Virus record (IMG/VR): IMGVR_UViG_3300035698_009252
Span: 75,604 to 139,603 of that record
Length of the DNA stretch: 64,000 bases
Source of the DNA: a virus
Strand: one strand, 5' to 3'
The notes beneath the pieces were generated by a model, which ran no database searches, was not told the DNA's origin, and worked only from the letters and a program-made list of their open reading frames with translations. The translations under genes were made by a program, and so were the position numbers. Within the stretch, counting starts at the first letter, position 1, and every line of letters starts with the position of its first letter. Below, piece by piece: positions 9,597 through 18,432 of the stretch.

Positions 9597-10226
9597 TCAA
9601 TCCACTGCACAATATTGATGATACGGTATTCCAGCCTTGGACATCGAATTCAGAACTTCCCCGAATGTTGCTCGCTTTATCCAGCTCTCGTTGTCCGTTG
9701 CCCAACGATAGAACATCTTGATTGACGTCTTTTTCGCGCCACGAACTGTCGGGATGCAGGTCGGCTCGTTGAACTTGTCATCCTTGTCACGGACCGAGAA
9801 CGTATCAAAATTGGCTTCGATGGAGACGTGCTTGCCATCTATCTTGATGGGGGCAAACCCACCAGGCGGAACATCTACACCCCGGAGAACGCGCTCGTCT
9901 GTATTGGCGCTGTTGTAACTTGACGCCTCGTTGATAGCCTCGACGCCCTTCTCCATGATTTTGACGGCCTGCGCGTAATTCCGGGCGCGAGCCAAGTCAT
10001 CCATCATGTCCTCGACTTCGGCCTTAGCGTCGTCGGCATAATCCAGGTCGTAAGCGGAGAACTGGTTGCACCTCTTACCACGCTTGCCCGCATTGGTCAA
10101 GTCAGTCACCTGGACTGACGAGCGGTACCGATGGATACGGATGGAGCCCTGCTCGACAGTCTTGCCGACACTTAGGCCACCAAGAAGGCTCTTTGCGATT
10201 TTCAGGAGTACCCGAGCTTCGTCCAT
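9597..10226 (-). CDS. Tagged hypothetical protein
   Basis: MDEARVLLKIAKSLLGG. Confidence 0.7.
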   Translation of the reverse strand: MDEARVLLKIAKSLLGGLSVGKTVEQGSIRIHRYRSSVQVTDLTNAGKRGKRCNQFSAYDLDYADDAKAEVEDMMDDLARARNYAQAVKIMEKGVEAINEASSYNSANTDERVLRGVDVPPGGFAPIKIDGKHVSIEANFDTFSVRDKDDKFNEPTCIPTVRGAKKTSIKMFYRWATDNESWIKRATFGEVLNSMSKAGIPYHQYCAVD

Positions 10227-10597
10227 TAGATGTAGCCCCTCTGTCCAGGCTCTTCGTTCTTGATATAGTCGGCTTTGCCCTTAATGGCCTCAACCAACTT
10301 CATCACCTTTTCCTCGTCACCCTCGATGCCGATGTAGCTGGCGTAATCCGGCTCGGGGCTACGTTTGCCGTTGTAGTACTCACCGGAGATGGGGTCATTC
10401 GCGGTAACGACTAGGATGCCTGGACCCTTCCAGACCCATCCCTTGCTCGTCTTCCGGGGCCTTGTACTCACGCCGACACTCTTGAGAGCCTGAATCCACT
10501 TGGATGCCCGGATTTCGGTCAAGTCAAACCCGTGCTCATACGCTGTAAGCTTCCGGGCCACCCGTATCAGTTCTCTCGCGATTTTCTGCGTTGTCAT
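10226..10597 (-). CDS. Tagged hypothetical protein
   Basis: MTTQKIARELIRVARKLTAY. Confidence 0.75.
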   Translation of the reverse strand: MTTQKIARELIRVARKLTAYEHGFDLTEIRASKWIQALKSVGVSTRPRKTSKGWVWKGPGILVVTANDPISGEYYNGKRSPEPDYASYIGIEGDEEKVMKLVEAIKGKADYIKNEEPGQRGYI

Positions 10598-10601
10598 ACT
10601 C

Positions 10602-11576
10602 TTAGCCCCTTGTCATCTTGATACGTTCGTACCCCTTGCGTTCCTTCGTCCGCAGGTGTTTTTCACAAGCGGCAATCGCCTTGGTCAAACTGCTTACGGG
10701 ACCACCGAAATACTTCGCGGTCAAATCGTAGGCCCGCTCGATGATACCGATACGGCCCGAGCAATTCCAGCCAACGTAGACCTCTTCTCCCATGTCGTTT
10801 TCGACCGAGTACACGACATAATAATGGTATTTGTTGGCATTGGCCCTCGGGTCAACAATGACCAGGTAGGACGACCACCTTCGGTCCAAGTCTCGTGGTC
10901 TTGCAGACACACCGCCGTACTCAGCAAGCGTGGCCACAACCTTTATACGCATCTTCTTGGAGAGCGCCGGTGCATAACTCGTCAGGGACTGCTTGACTTC
11001 CTTATTGCGCATTCTTATGTCCACGTCGCGCCGGATGGGCTCCCAGTCAGCCTTTTTGACCTTCTTCTTGCACTTGACACAATAGCCAGTCTGCTCCAGG
11101 ACCTTCGTGCCACAGTCCGGGCACTTGAAAGTTTCAGCCGCCTTTTTGACCTTTTTCTTGCACTTGACACAGAAACCAGTCTGCTCCAGGACCTTCGTTC
11201 CGCAGTCCGGGCACTTGAAAGTTTCAGCAGCCTTCTTGTCCTTCTTTTCCTTGTCCTTCAGGAAATCGGGCTTGGGCTCATTCTCCTTGCCATCATTGTC
11301 CTTATCCTTGTCCTTCCACTGCTTCTTGAAGGCTTCGGGGACCTCACCTTTCCCAGACACCAATGCCTCGGCGATGGCAACCAGACGTTCGGAGACGGAG
11401 GACTTCTTGTCCTTCTTTTCCTTGTCTTTCAGGAAGTCAGGCTTCGGCTCATTCTCTTTGCCGTCGTTGTCCTTATCCTTGTCTTTCCACTGCTTCTTGA
11501 AAGCCTCGGGGACTTCACCCTTACCTGCCAGCAACCTTGCCACCGCTATCAGCTCTTTCGCTATACGTCTATTCAT
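10602..11576 (-). CDS. Tagged modular protein: 2x lysine-rich module, 2x Zn-ribbon, C-terminal WGR-like domain
   Basis: Two tags, duplicated GKGEVPEAFKKQW module, duplicated CPDCG...CVKC, then ANKYHYY...WNCSGRIG...KERKGY (WGR-like). Confidence 0.7.
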   Translation of the reverse strand: MNRRIAKELIAVARLLAGKGEVPEAFKKQWKDKDKDNDGKENEPKPDFLKDKEKKDKKSSVSERLVAIAEALVSGKGEVPEAFKKQWKDKDKDNDGKENEPKPDFLKDKEKKDKKAAETFKCPDCGTKVLEQTGFCVKCKKKVKKAAETFKCPDCGTKVLEQTGYCVKCKKKVKKADWEPIRRDVDIRMRNKEVKQSLTSYAPALSKKMRIKVVATLAEYGGVSARPRDLDRRWSSYLVIVDPRANANKYHYYVVYSVENDMGEEVYVGWNCSGRIGIIERAYDLTAKYFGGPVSSLTKAIAACEKHLRTKERKGYERIKMTRG

Positions 11577-11869
11577 GTCAATTCTCCTATGGCACGCTCT
11601 AGCGCCTTTTGCGTTTTCTCCAAATTATCTACTTCGCGAGTCAGTTTTGACAACTTTTGCAGGGCCTTCCGGTCAAGTGTCGCATCCACGGCGTTGTTTA
11701 TACGGGACCGGAGTGAGTGAACCATCAACTTCAATGGCTCGGTATCCTCTTGAGCCCATTGCATATAGCGAGCGACATCCATCACCTTGACCCCTGTCAA
11801 TTCCTTCTTACCGGAGATAAGTTCCTTGGCTATGGCCACCAGTCTGCGTGCTACACGTTCTCTATTCAC
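11573..11869 (-). CDS. Tagged hypothetical protein
   Basis: MNRERVARRLVAIAKELISG. Confidence 0.75.
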   Translation of the reverse strand: MNRERVARRLVAIAKELISGKKELTGVKVMDVARYMQWAQEDTEPLKLMVHSLRSRINNAVDATLDRKALQKLSKLTREVDNLEKTQKALERAIGELT

Positions 11870-11881
11870 GTCAATTCTCCG

Positions 11882-12286
11882 TTACAGCATTCTCTTTATT
11901 GCTCTCTCAAGTCTACCCACGTCCATTACCCTTTTCAGCTTGACGGAAACCAGGAACGGGTATCCTTGTTCCCTCGGGCGGAGCGCCCGAATCCTCCCGC
12001 TATTCGCAAATATGGACAATCCCGCCTTCCCCAAGACATCTCCCAGTCTGGCAAAAACACGTTCGGCCTCCTTCTCTACCTCTCCCTGCATGTCTAACGT
12101 GTCGATGGCATCCAGGTCCTCTCCCCGCAAGTAATCCCCCTCGGGGGTGACAATCGTTCTCAGGGCAATAGAATCCTCCGATACCGACACCAGCTCAAAA
12201 CTGGGCCACTCTGGCTCGGATGCCGCGACATTCCGCCCAACCAGTTCACGCGCTACAGCAGCCAGTTCCTGTGCTATTTTATCCAT
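11882..12286 (-). CDS. Tagged hypothetical protein
   Basis: MDKIAQELAAVARELVG. Confidence 0.75.
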   Translation of the reverse strand: MDKIAQELAAVARELVGRNVAASEPEWPSFELVSVSEDSIALRTIVTPEGDYLRGEDLDAIDTLDMQGEVEKEAERVFARLGDVLGKAGLSIFANSGRIRALRPREQGYPFLVSVKLKRVMDVGRLERAIKRML

Positions 12287-12970
12287 TTACCGGCCTTTAC
12301 TGATTTCAAATCGGTCATTTGCTTTGAACCAAATACGTCCAAGCTGTGAGCCATTCGTCCCGCCAGTCACATGTTCCCAATTCAAATCGACCAGGCCCCC
12401 TATGATACCGTCCTTCAAGATTCTCTCGGTGAAGACCACACTCAGGGTCAGCTTTTTGATGGTCATGCCCATAATACCGACGTCATCCTCCAGCCCGGTC
12501 TCCTCGAAGTAGAGATAGCCACGCTGACGCTTGGGTGCCCCCAATGAGGGCTTGTGTCCGAAAGCACTACGGATGGCCGCTTCCACTTTTCCCTTTGAAG
12601 CCATAAGCGTTTTTACGCGATCTTCCACGGCGGCGTCCTCTATCGCAGACCCACCCACCAAATTCTTGGCCAATCCCACCAATTCCTGAGCCATCTTGTT
12701 ATCTTTCATGTTCAATCTCCGAGGGCTTGAAGCCCTTCTCATCGCTTTTTCAACCACCTTTGTCATAATCTTCTCCTGCTCTCGAAGGGGAAGCGATTCA
12801 AAATCTGTGGGTACATCCGTACGCCTTGTCTTATTGTACAGCTCGCCATACCCAAGGGCCTTGAAAGCCTTATCGATATCCATATGTTTCTCATGGAATC
12901 GGCTCATAACGTCAACAGCGATATCCTCGGCGCTATCCTCATAGTCTTGCTTCGAGCCACGGGCGTTCAT
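12287..12970 (-). CDS. Hypothetical protein with internal helix tag
   Basis: Internal MKDNKMAQELVGLAKNLVGG. Confidence 0.7.
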   Translation of the reverse strand: MNARGSKQDYEDSAEDIAVDVMSRFHEKHMDIDKAFKALGYGELYNKTRRTDVPTDFESLPLREQEKIMTKVVEKAMRRASSPRRLNMKDNKMAQELVGLAKNLVGGSAIEDAAVEDRVKTLMASKGKVEAAIRSAFGHKPSLGAPKRQRGYLYFEETGLEDDVGIMGMTIKKLTLSVVFTERILKDGIIGGLVDLNWEHVTGGTNGSQLGRIWFKANDRFEISKGR

Positions 12971-14010
12971 TTCAACTCCACCATTACGGTAATCCAACTC
13001 TTCTCCCCATCCCCATAGTTTATGCGGACAATGGCCTGCCGGTATGGAGCAAGTAGCGGCTCAAGTATCTTTTTGAAGTTGTCAGTCTCCCTTTCGACCA
13101 TATCCCGGTACGTGCTATACCCAACATCGCTTTCTCCCTCTTTCGGCAAATCGGACCGATAGGAACCTTTAATACGGGTATTGCCACTGGAAATCTTCGC
13201 GTCATCCTTCATCCAGGGACTCTTCCTGGAAATGGCCGTATCGATGGCGTTGCTAACGCCCTTCGCTATTTTCTCCCTATTCGCAATGGCATCCGTCTCG
13301 CCCTTCAATCCACTCCACCCCTTCAGGGCCTCCAACATCTTCTGAGCCGCTTGTTTAGGGGACATTGACGTTGGTGTGCCATAGCTGCCAAACACTACCC
13401 CAGGCCCCTCTGCCGATGTGGTATTTTCGGTAAGCGTAATTTCACGCTTCATCCCATCCGAATTTCTTCCATCAACGCGCAAGATGACCTGGTACATCAC
13501 CCCGGATGGATAGTCCTTCTTCTGCCACGGAATCACTTCCAGGGCCTTCGGGTCTTCCAGTTTCGAGCGAATAATGCGAACGACGGACTGGGAGAATTTC
13601 TTAAGGGCCGGAGGAATGGCCTTTTTGGAAAGGGTTTGGACCACCTTCTGGGCCTGGCCGATTTGCCTGGTAAACCGCTTTATCATCACGTCGGCATCTT
13701 TAACAGCCCGCTGTACGGTCTTGTCTTCGGGGAAGTTCGTCAGGATTTGCTGCACTTCCTTCTGCACCCGGTAAGCCGATTGAATGCCATCCTGGGCCTT
13801 CTTGAGCACGACAAACTGGCCATCCACCTCCGGGTCGAGACCTGCCTGGAAGTGCATGGAAAATGTCCCGATGGTGTCGTCGATATTGTCGGCCAACTCA
13901 TCAAGAGTACCCAAAGTGCGTAGAAGCCCCTTCAGGAGCCCTTTAGAGGCATCTGCTTCAAGCCGCCGGGCAATATTTGACATGCGTACTGGAAAGGCAA
14001 TTTTCTTCAT
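12967..14010 (-). CDS. Tagged (variant) hypothetical protein
   Basis: 347 aa; RMSNIARRLEAD near the N-terminus. Confidence 0.7.
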   Translation of the reverse strand: MKKIAFPVRMSNIARRLEADASKGLLKGLLRTLGTLDELADNIDDTIGTFSMHFQAGLDPEVDGQFVVLKKAQDGIQSAYRVQKEVQQILTNFPEDKTVQRAVKDADVMIKRFTRQIGQAQKVVQTLSKKAIPPALKKFSQSVVRIIRSKLEDPKALEVIPWQKKDYPSGVMYQVILRVDGRNSDGMKREITLTENTTSAEGPGVVFGSYGTPTSMSPKQAAQKMLEALKGWSGLKGETDAIANREKIAKGVSNAIDTAISRKSPWMKDDAKISSGNTRIKGSYRSDLPKEGESDVGYSTYRDMVERETDNFKKILEPLLAPYRQAIVRINYGDGEKSWITVMVELK

Positions 14011-14013
14011 TTT

Positions 14014-14259
14014 TTACTCGTTTGTCAGAGCCGGGAACACGTCGTAATCGTTCTGCAAAGACTTTACCGCTTCCCCAACCTTATCCGCCGGGATTTCCCC
14101 GGTGACCCTCTGGCCCCTCACTTTCAAGCGGGCTGACGGGAAGTCCGCAGAAAATGCTTCGGCCTCATCCTGCCCAACGAAGTACAGCTCGACTTCAACA
14201 TTCTGGGATGCAGTCGTCATCCGTTCTGCAATCCTCTGTAACCTGGTATTGTCGCTCAT
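14014..14259 (-). CDS. Tagged (short variant) hypothetical protein
   Basis: MSDNTRLQRIAERMTTAS. Confidence 0.65.
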   Translation of the reverse strand: MSDNTRLQRIAERMTTASQNVEVELYFVGQDEAEAFSADFPSARLKVRGQRVTGEIPADKVGEAVKSLQNDYDVFPALTNE

Positions 14260-14882
14260 CTCGCGTTCCTTCCTTGAGTGGTAATACGAATGCCTTGGGC
14301 CATGATTTTGACCAAGCCCTTCTCTGCCAGGCTCTCGATAATGGGGTTGTCTTTGCCGTACTCGCCGAGCCGGTGCCGCAGGAACTCTTGCGCCCGGTAA
14401 CTGCTCTTGATGCCTCCAACAATACCCAGAGCCGCCTTCTCGTCCGGGGTGAGGATAACATCGTCATCCGGCTCCGGCATTAACTTGTCGACATCTCCCG
14501 GTCGCACGTAGATACGAAGGAAATTGCCCCGGCCACCAGCTTCCCCGGCAATAACCACGGAACCATTCGGCACATTAAAGGATTCCTCCCGGTCGAGAGC
14601 CCGGTCCTCAAAGGGATTTGAGCCACCCCACGAGCCTTGCTGAGCGTCACTGATGCGACCAGTACTCAAGTCAACCGTCACGGACAGGGCTCTATTCCCC
14701 TCAAATGCCGTCGAAACGGAATACTTTGAGTCGTAGATGACCTCGATGTCCCGTCTGCCGTACCTGAGCCGTTTTAAGGCCCTTTGAACGGCATCAGGGA
14801 GGTCCCTAACGGCTACATGTATTCCACCCATGGCCTTAAGAGAGATTTTCCCTGCAATATGGACAATTCTACGTTCGTCCAC
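14256..14882 (-). CDS. Tagged (variant) hypothetical protein with C-terminal winged-helix-like segment
   Basis: MDERRIVHIAGKISLKA; LAEKGLVK..GIRITTQGRNA. Confidence 0.65.
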   Translation of the reverse strand: MDERRIVHIAGKISLKAMGGIHVAVRDLPDAVQRALKRLRYGRRDIEVIYDSKYSVSTAFEGNRALSVTVDLSTGRISDAQQGSWGGSNPFEDRALDREESFNVPNGSVVIAGEAGGRGNFLRIYVRPGDVDKLMPEPDDDVILTPDEKAALGIVGGIKSSYRAQEFLRHRLGEYGKDNPIIESLAEKGLVKIMAQGIRITTQGRNAR

Positions 14883-14893
14883 GGCAGCCCCCT

Positions 14894-15145
14894 TTACGCC
14901 TCGGCCAATACCTGCTCCAGGGCACCCACCAGGTCTTCAACCGTGGAGTTCGGGCGAATCACGCCAATGCCGAACTGGTTCAGCTTCCGGCGCTTCTTCT
15001 GGCTCAGTTTGTTGAGTTTCGTCCGAAGGTTACGGATACGCCCCGCAAATGCCTCGTCCACTTCCTCGCCGTCATCGGCTGCTGTCAACTCGCGAGCCAG
15101 TGAAAGGAGCCTCTTCGCCGCCTGAATTCTCTTCGTGTTGGTCAT
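14894..15145 (-). CDS. Tagged hypothetical protein
   Basis: IQAAKRLLSLARELTAA. Confidence 0.7.
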   Translation of the reverse strand: MTNTKRIQAAKRLLSLARELTAADDGEEVDEAFAGRIRNLRTKLNKLSQKKRRKLNQFGIGVIRPNSTVEDLVGALEQVLAEA

Positions 15146-15188
15146 GCTATCCTCCGGCTGTTTTCAGCCATTTCTTGTTCGTGACGGC

Positions 15189-15428
15189 TTACGCCTTGCC
15201 TTGCTGTTCCTCGACAATGGCACCAGGCCGGTCGTCCGGGGGCATAATCACCCCGGCATTATTCCGAATCGTCGAACCGGCATTCGCAGTCTTCTGCGTT
15301 GCGGTTTGAAGCCCCTTCGCAACAACACGAGTTTTGGCGTTGTCAAAGACGGGAGCACCGCCCTCAAACTGCGCCTCTTCGCGCTTGCTTTGAGCTACAT
15401 CTGTTGGGTTCGCCCTGTACGTTGGCAT
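15189..15428 (-). CDS. Hypothetical protein, first gene after the putative late promoter
   Basis: 79-aa ORF with GAGGAGGAAGG RBS. Confidence 0.6.
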   Translation of the reverse strand: MPTYRANPTDVAQSKREEAQFEGGAPVFDNAKTRVVAKGLQTATQKTANAGSTIRNNAGVIMPPDDRPGAIVEEQQGKA

Positions 15429-15463
15429 ACCTTCCTCCTCTGTGTAAACGATGTGAGTTCCTA

Positions 15464-15486
15464 CCTATACTCCCAATATCAAAGAA
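15464..15486 (-). promoter_or_regulatory. Putative phage late promoter heading the tagged-gene array (TTCTTTGATA-N7-TATAGG)
   Basis: Lies between the TROVE terminator and the array. Confidence 0.65.
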
Positions 15487-15506
15487 TTATCATAACAGAA
15501 ATGCAC

Positions 15507-15541
15507 AAAAAAAGGCCGCAGGGCTTTACACCCTACGGCCT
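15507..15541 (-). terminator. Rho-independent terminator after the TROVE gene
   Basis: AGGCCGTAGGG-TGTAAAG-CCCTGCGGCCT followed by a T run. Confidence 0.85.
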
Positions 15542-15556
15542 CTCCTTCGCGTTGTT

Positions 15557-17362
15557 CTACGCATTTACGGGCGTCTGTGCCGCCCAACCCTTACGAATCT
15601 GCTCCACAGTGGGCAGAGCAACCTCGTCCTTATCTTCTGTCAGGCCCTCGGTTTGCGCAAGCATTCCGAACACCTTCTCGTTGAACCCGGCAAGCAGGTT
15701 CACGTGGGTGCCCTCGTCCACAATCGTGTCACCGTACCCATTCAGGTTGATGCAGTGCAGCCAAGTCTCCTTGGCCCCCTTACCCGATGCCACGTACTTT
15801 GCCCAGGTGTCACACACAGCCTTCTCGCTGTTCGGGCTCTCCGAACGGTAGCCACGCGCACCCGTCATGCTGGTGTCATCCCACGCCTGGAGGTCGGACA
15901 GGAGGATAACCCGGTCAGGAGTCAGCCCCTTCTCGATGAGCCACAGCGGAATCTTGAAGGCGTTGGTGTTGTGACCGTTCACGCCGTCATCCCCAATCTT
16001 GCGGGCCACATCGAGCACTGTATCAGTCTTCGTCCACATAACCTCGCGGATATCCGTTGCGAAAGCGCACACGTAGGAACGCTCACACCCCTTGGCCACG
16101 ATACCGGTTAGCACGTTTGCCACGTCGGCCACCGTCACCTCGGACTTGTCCGACAGCCTGTTGTTCGACATGGACCTCGAAGCGTCCACGAAGATTGCCG
16201 TGGTACCCGGCAGGGAAACCCCCTCCGCTGCGTAGTTTACGGCCAGCTCGACAGCGGCTTCCAGCTCACCCCGGTCGGCCTGGTCCACACCATCAACCTG
16301 GAGGGCCTTCGATGCGGACAGGAACCGGAACGGGAGCTGCTTGGACCGCTGCACGGCCTGCTTGCTGGAGATATACGCGGACACCTTAGCGATATGCTCT
16401 TGCGAGACCTTCGCCTGAAGGATGTTCCGCAGGTTCCGCAGCATGGCCATGTAGCCGAGCAGCTTCTCGTCAACGAGGAACTCCCAAACACCCTTCTTGT
16501 CGTCCCCGAACTGGGAAAGCAGAACCTCCCAGTTCACCTTGGACTTGCGAGCAAGTTCCTTGGTGATGTTATCGAAAGCCGTCCGCTTGTTCATGGCCGC
16601 ACGTGCCGCCACAATCGGGGCGTCCTTCTCATCCGGGATTGCGCCTGTGATGAAGTAATTCGCGATGGGCTTCGCCACCGGCCAGTCGGCCTTGCGCTTC
16701 ACCCACCCAAACACGTCCTTCCACGTCGGGAAGTCCGGGCTGTCATACTTCACCAACCCACGCTCTCCAAAGCCCGAGATGGCGTCCCCCAGGCCGAAGT
16801 TCAGGCCATTGGCCAGAGACTTCATGCCGAAGAAGAACCGGTGAACGAGCAGACACGTCTTAACCTCGTCCGGCCTCTTGACAATGTGCGGGGCGTACCG
16901 ACGCACAAGCGACTTGGTCGCATCGAGCCTGGACGCCACAACAAGGAGCACCTGCGGCGTGAGCCGGATGTACATCTCATTGCGGAGCCAGTTGGCGATA
17001 GAGAGAAGGTCCTCCGGGTTGTCCCCGGTCCCCACATCGATAGCCGTTGCCACGACCTCGCGAGCCACGTCGTTGAGTTCCTCGCAGGAAGCAAAGCCAT
17101 TCAGCTTGCCATCCACGATTTCGAGACGCCGAGCGAGTTGCTCGAACTTGCCGCCCTGCACCCTCTTCGGGACAATGGCGTCACCGTTATAGAACTTCGG
17201 CTCGGCGAAAAACGCCCCACCGGTCATGGTGACCAGCTTGAGTGCCGGGTCCTTAATCTCGAATGCGACGCCGCCTGCGCGGTTTACGGTTGCATTCGGC
17301 TGCTTGCTCGGCTTACGAGCGTTCGCGGACTTGGTCCGCGCCATCTTCTGAAGAGTACTCAT
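15557..17362 (-). CDS. rsr: Ro60-like TROVE + vWA domain RNA-binding protein
   Basis: TVNRAGGVAF N-terminus, GYMAMLRNLRNI, SKQLPFRFLSA, vWA IFVDASRSM ... VILLSDLQ; start at MSTLQ after AGGAGGAGG. Confidence 0.9.
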   Translation of the reverse strand: MSTLQKMARTKSANARKPSKQPNATVNRAGGVAFEIKDPALKLVTMTGGAFFAEPKFYNGDAIVPKRVQGGKFEQLARRLEIVDGKLNGFASCEELNDVAREVVATAIDVGTGDNPEDLLSIANWLRNEMYIRLTPQVLLVVASRLDATKSLVRRYAPHIVKRPDEVKTCLLVHRFFFGMKSLANGLNFGLGDAISGFGERGLVKYDSPDFPTWKDVFGWVKRKADWPVAKPIANYFITGAIPDEKDAPIVAARAAMNKRTAFDNITKELARKSKVNWEVLLSQFGDDKKGVWEFLVDEKLLGYMAMLRNLRNILQAKVSQEHIAKVSAYISSKQAVQRSKQLPFRFLSASKALQVDGVDQADRGELEAAVELAVNYAAEGVSLPGTTAIFVDASRSMSNNRLSDKSEVTVADVANVLTGIVAKGCERSYVCAFATDIREVMWTKTDTVLDVARKIGDDGVNGHNTNAFKIPLWLIEKGLTPDRVILLSDLQAWDDTSMTGARGYRSESPNSEKAVCDTWAKYVASGKGAKETWLHCINLNGYGDTIVDEGTHVNLLAGFNEKVFGMLAQTEGLTEDKDEVALPTVEQIRKGWAAQTPVNA

Positions 17363-17428
17363 AGCGTACCTCCTCCTTCTTTGAAGCGTGCCCAACTGTA
17401 GGGCACCAATTTACATTTCCTGACAAAC

Positions 17429-17462
17429 AAAAAGCCGATGGTCAACTTTTGACCATCGGCTT
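17429..17462 (-). terminator. Rho-independent terminator after the tRNA
   Basis: Inverted repeat AAGCCGATGGTCAA / TTGACCATCGGCTT followed by a T run. Confidence 0.8.
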
Positions 17463-17466
17463 ATCG

Positions 17467-17543
<77 letters not shown>

Positions 17544-17554
17544 AATCATACATA

Positions 17555-17834
17555 AAGCCGATACCAATGGGCACAAAGAGTTGCCGAGGGATATACCATG
17601 ATGGCCACATGGGCCTTTAGGAGTCCCTCTATACGGCTCCGTTTTAGGGGAGACGGCTACGATTGACCCCGTAGCCGAGGCTGCACATAATACCCAGTGC
17701 GGGGTCTCCGTTCCCCAGGACTTGGTAGTCCCCGGTTGGGATATTCGGATGGCTTCAGCGTCCGAACCTACGGACTCCACCAACCAGTGTTACTTTTCAG
17801 TAATGAAGTAACTCTTCATTGAAGCGTATCGCTT
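17555..17834 (-). ncRNA. Candidate Y RNA (Ro60 ligand), about 280 nt
   Basis: Ends pair (AAGCGATAC / GTATCGGCTT with a single-nt bulge; GAAGAGTT / AACTCTTT); several internal hairpins; directly upstream of the tRNA and TROVE gene. Confidence 0.5.
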
Positions 17835-17892
17835 CTATTTTCTGTTTCAATTCAAAGAACAAACGACTGAAGCGTACCAGCCATCACAAACA

Positions 17893-18186
17893 CTATACAC
17901 CCGGACTCTCGTCCGGCGCAACAGAATTTTCATTTTTTTCATCTTCGTCTGGAATCCCTAATGTATTCCGCAGATATTCCTCGATTTCGTTAACGGTTGT
18001 CAACCGGCCAACATCTCCATCGGGTACAGGCTTTCCAAATTCTTCCTCGAATATCACCAACAATTCCACACAGTCCAGCTCATCGGCACCAAGGCTTGTT
18101 ACGAGATGTGCATCATCTTCAATACCTTCAACCGGAATTCCCAGTTGCTCGGCCACGATAGACTTGATTCTGTCGCGAATGCTCAT
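17893..18186 (-). CDS. Acyl carrier protein-like protein lacking the phosphopantetheine Ser (GADELD)
   Basis: IKSIVAEQLG...LGADELDCVELLVIFEEEFG...TTVNE; GAG codon checked in the DNA; GGAGG RBS before ATG 18186. Confidence 0.85.
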   Translation of the reverse strand: MSIRDRIKSIVAEQLGIPVEGIEDDAHLVTSLGADELDCVELLVIFEEEFGKPVPDGDVGRLTTVNEIEEYLRNTLGIPDEDEKNENSVAPDESPGV

Positions 18187-18432
18187 ACGACCTCCGTCAT
18201 TCGGGTGAAGACACAATCCCTTACGGCCCCTTGTGTCTGAAAGTCCCCAAAAGGGGATGGGAAATCCAACCATGAGTTTAAGGGCTGCCTGTTCAGCACT
18301 TACCGGGACTCTACCAACCCTTCCCGCCGATTCTCTCTACAGACTTTTTCAAACGTTGCGCGTACCTTCATCAGAGAATGTACCGTCATACTTGTCATGT
18401 TCAGCGTAATCGGCCCGCTGACGGTTGAAAAA

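Noticed and set aside
3770-12290. Tag-encoding DNA repeats read as a CRISPR array or integron attC sites
   Set aside because: The repeats are in-frame coding sequence varying at third positions, are spaced by whole genes, and are not palindromic; no cas or integrase gene in the window.
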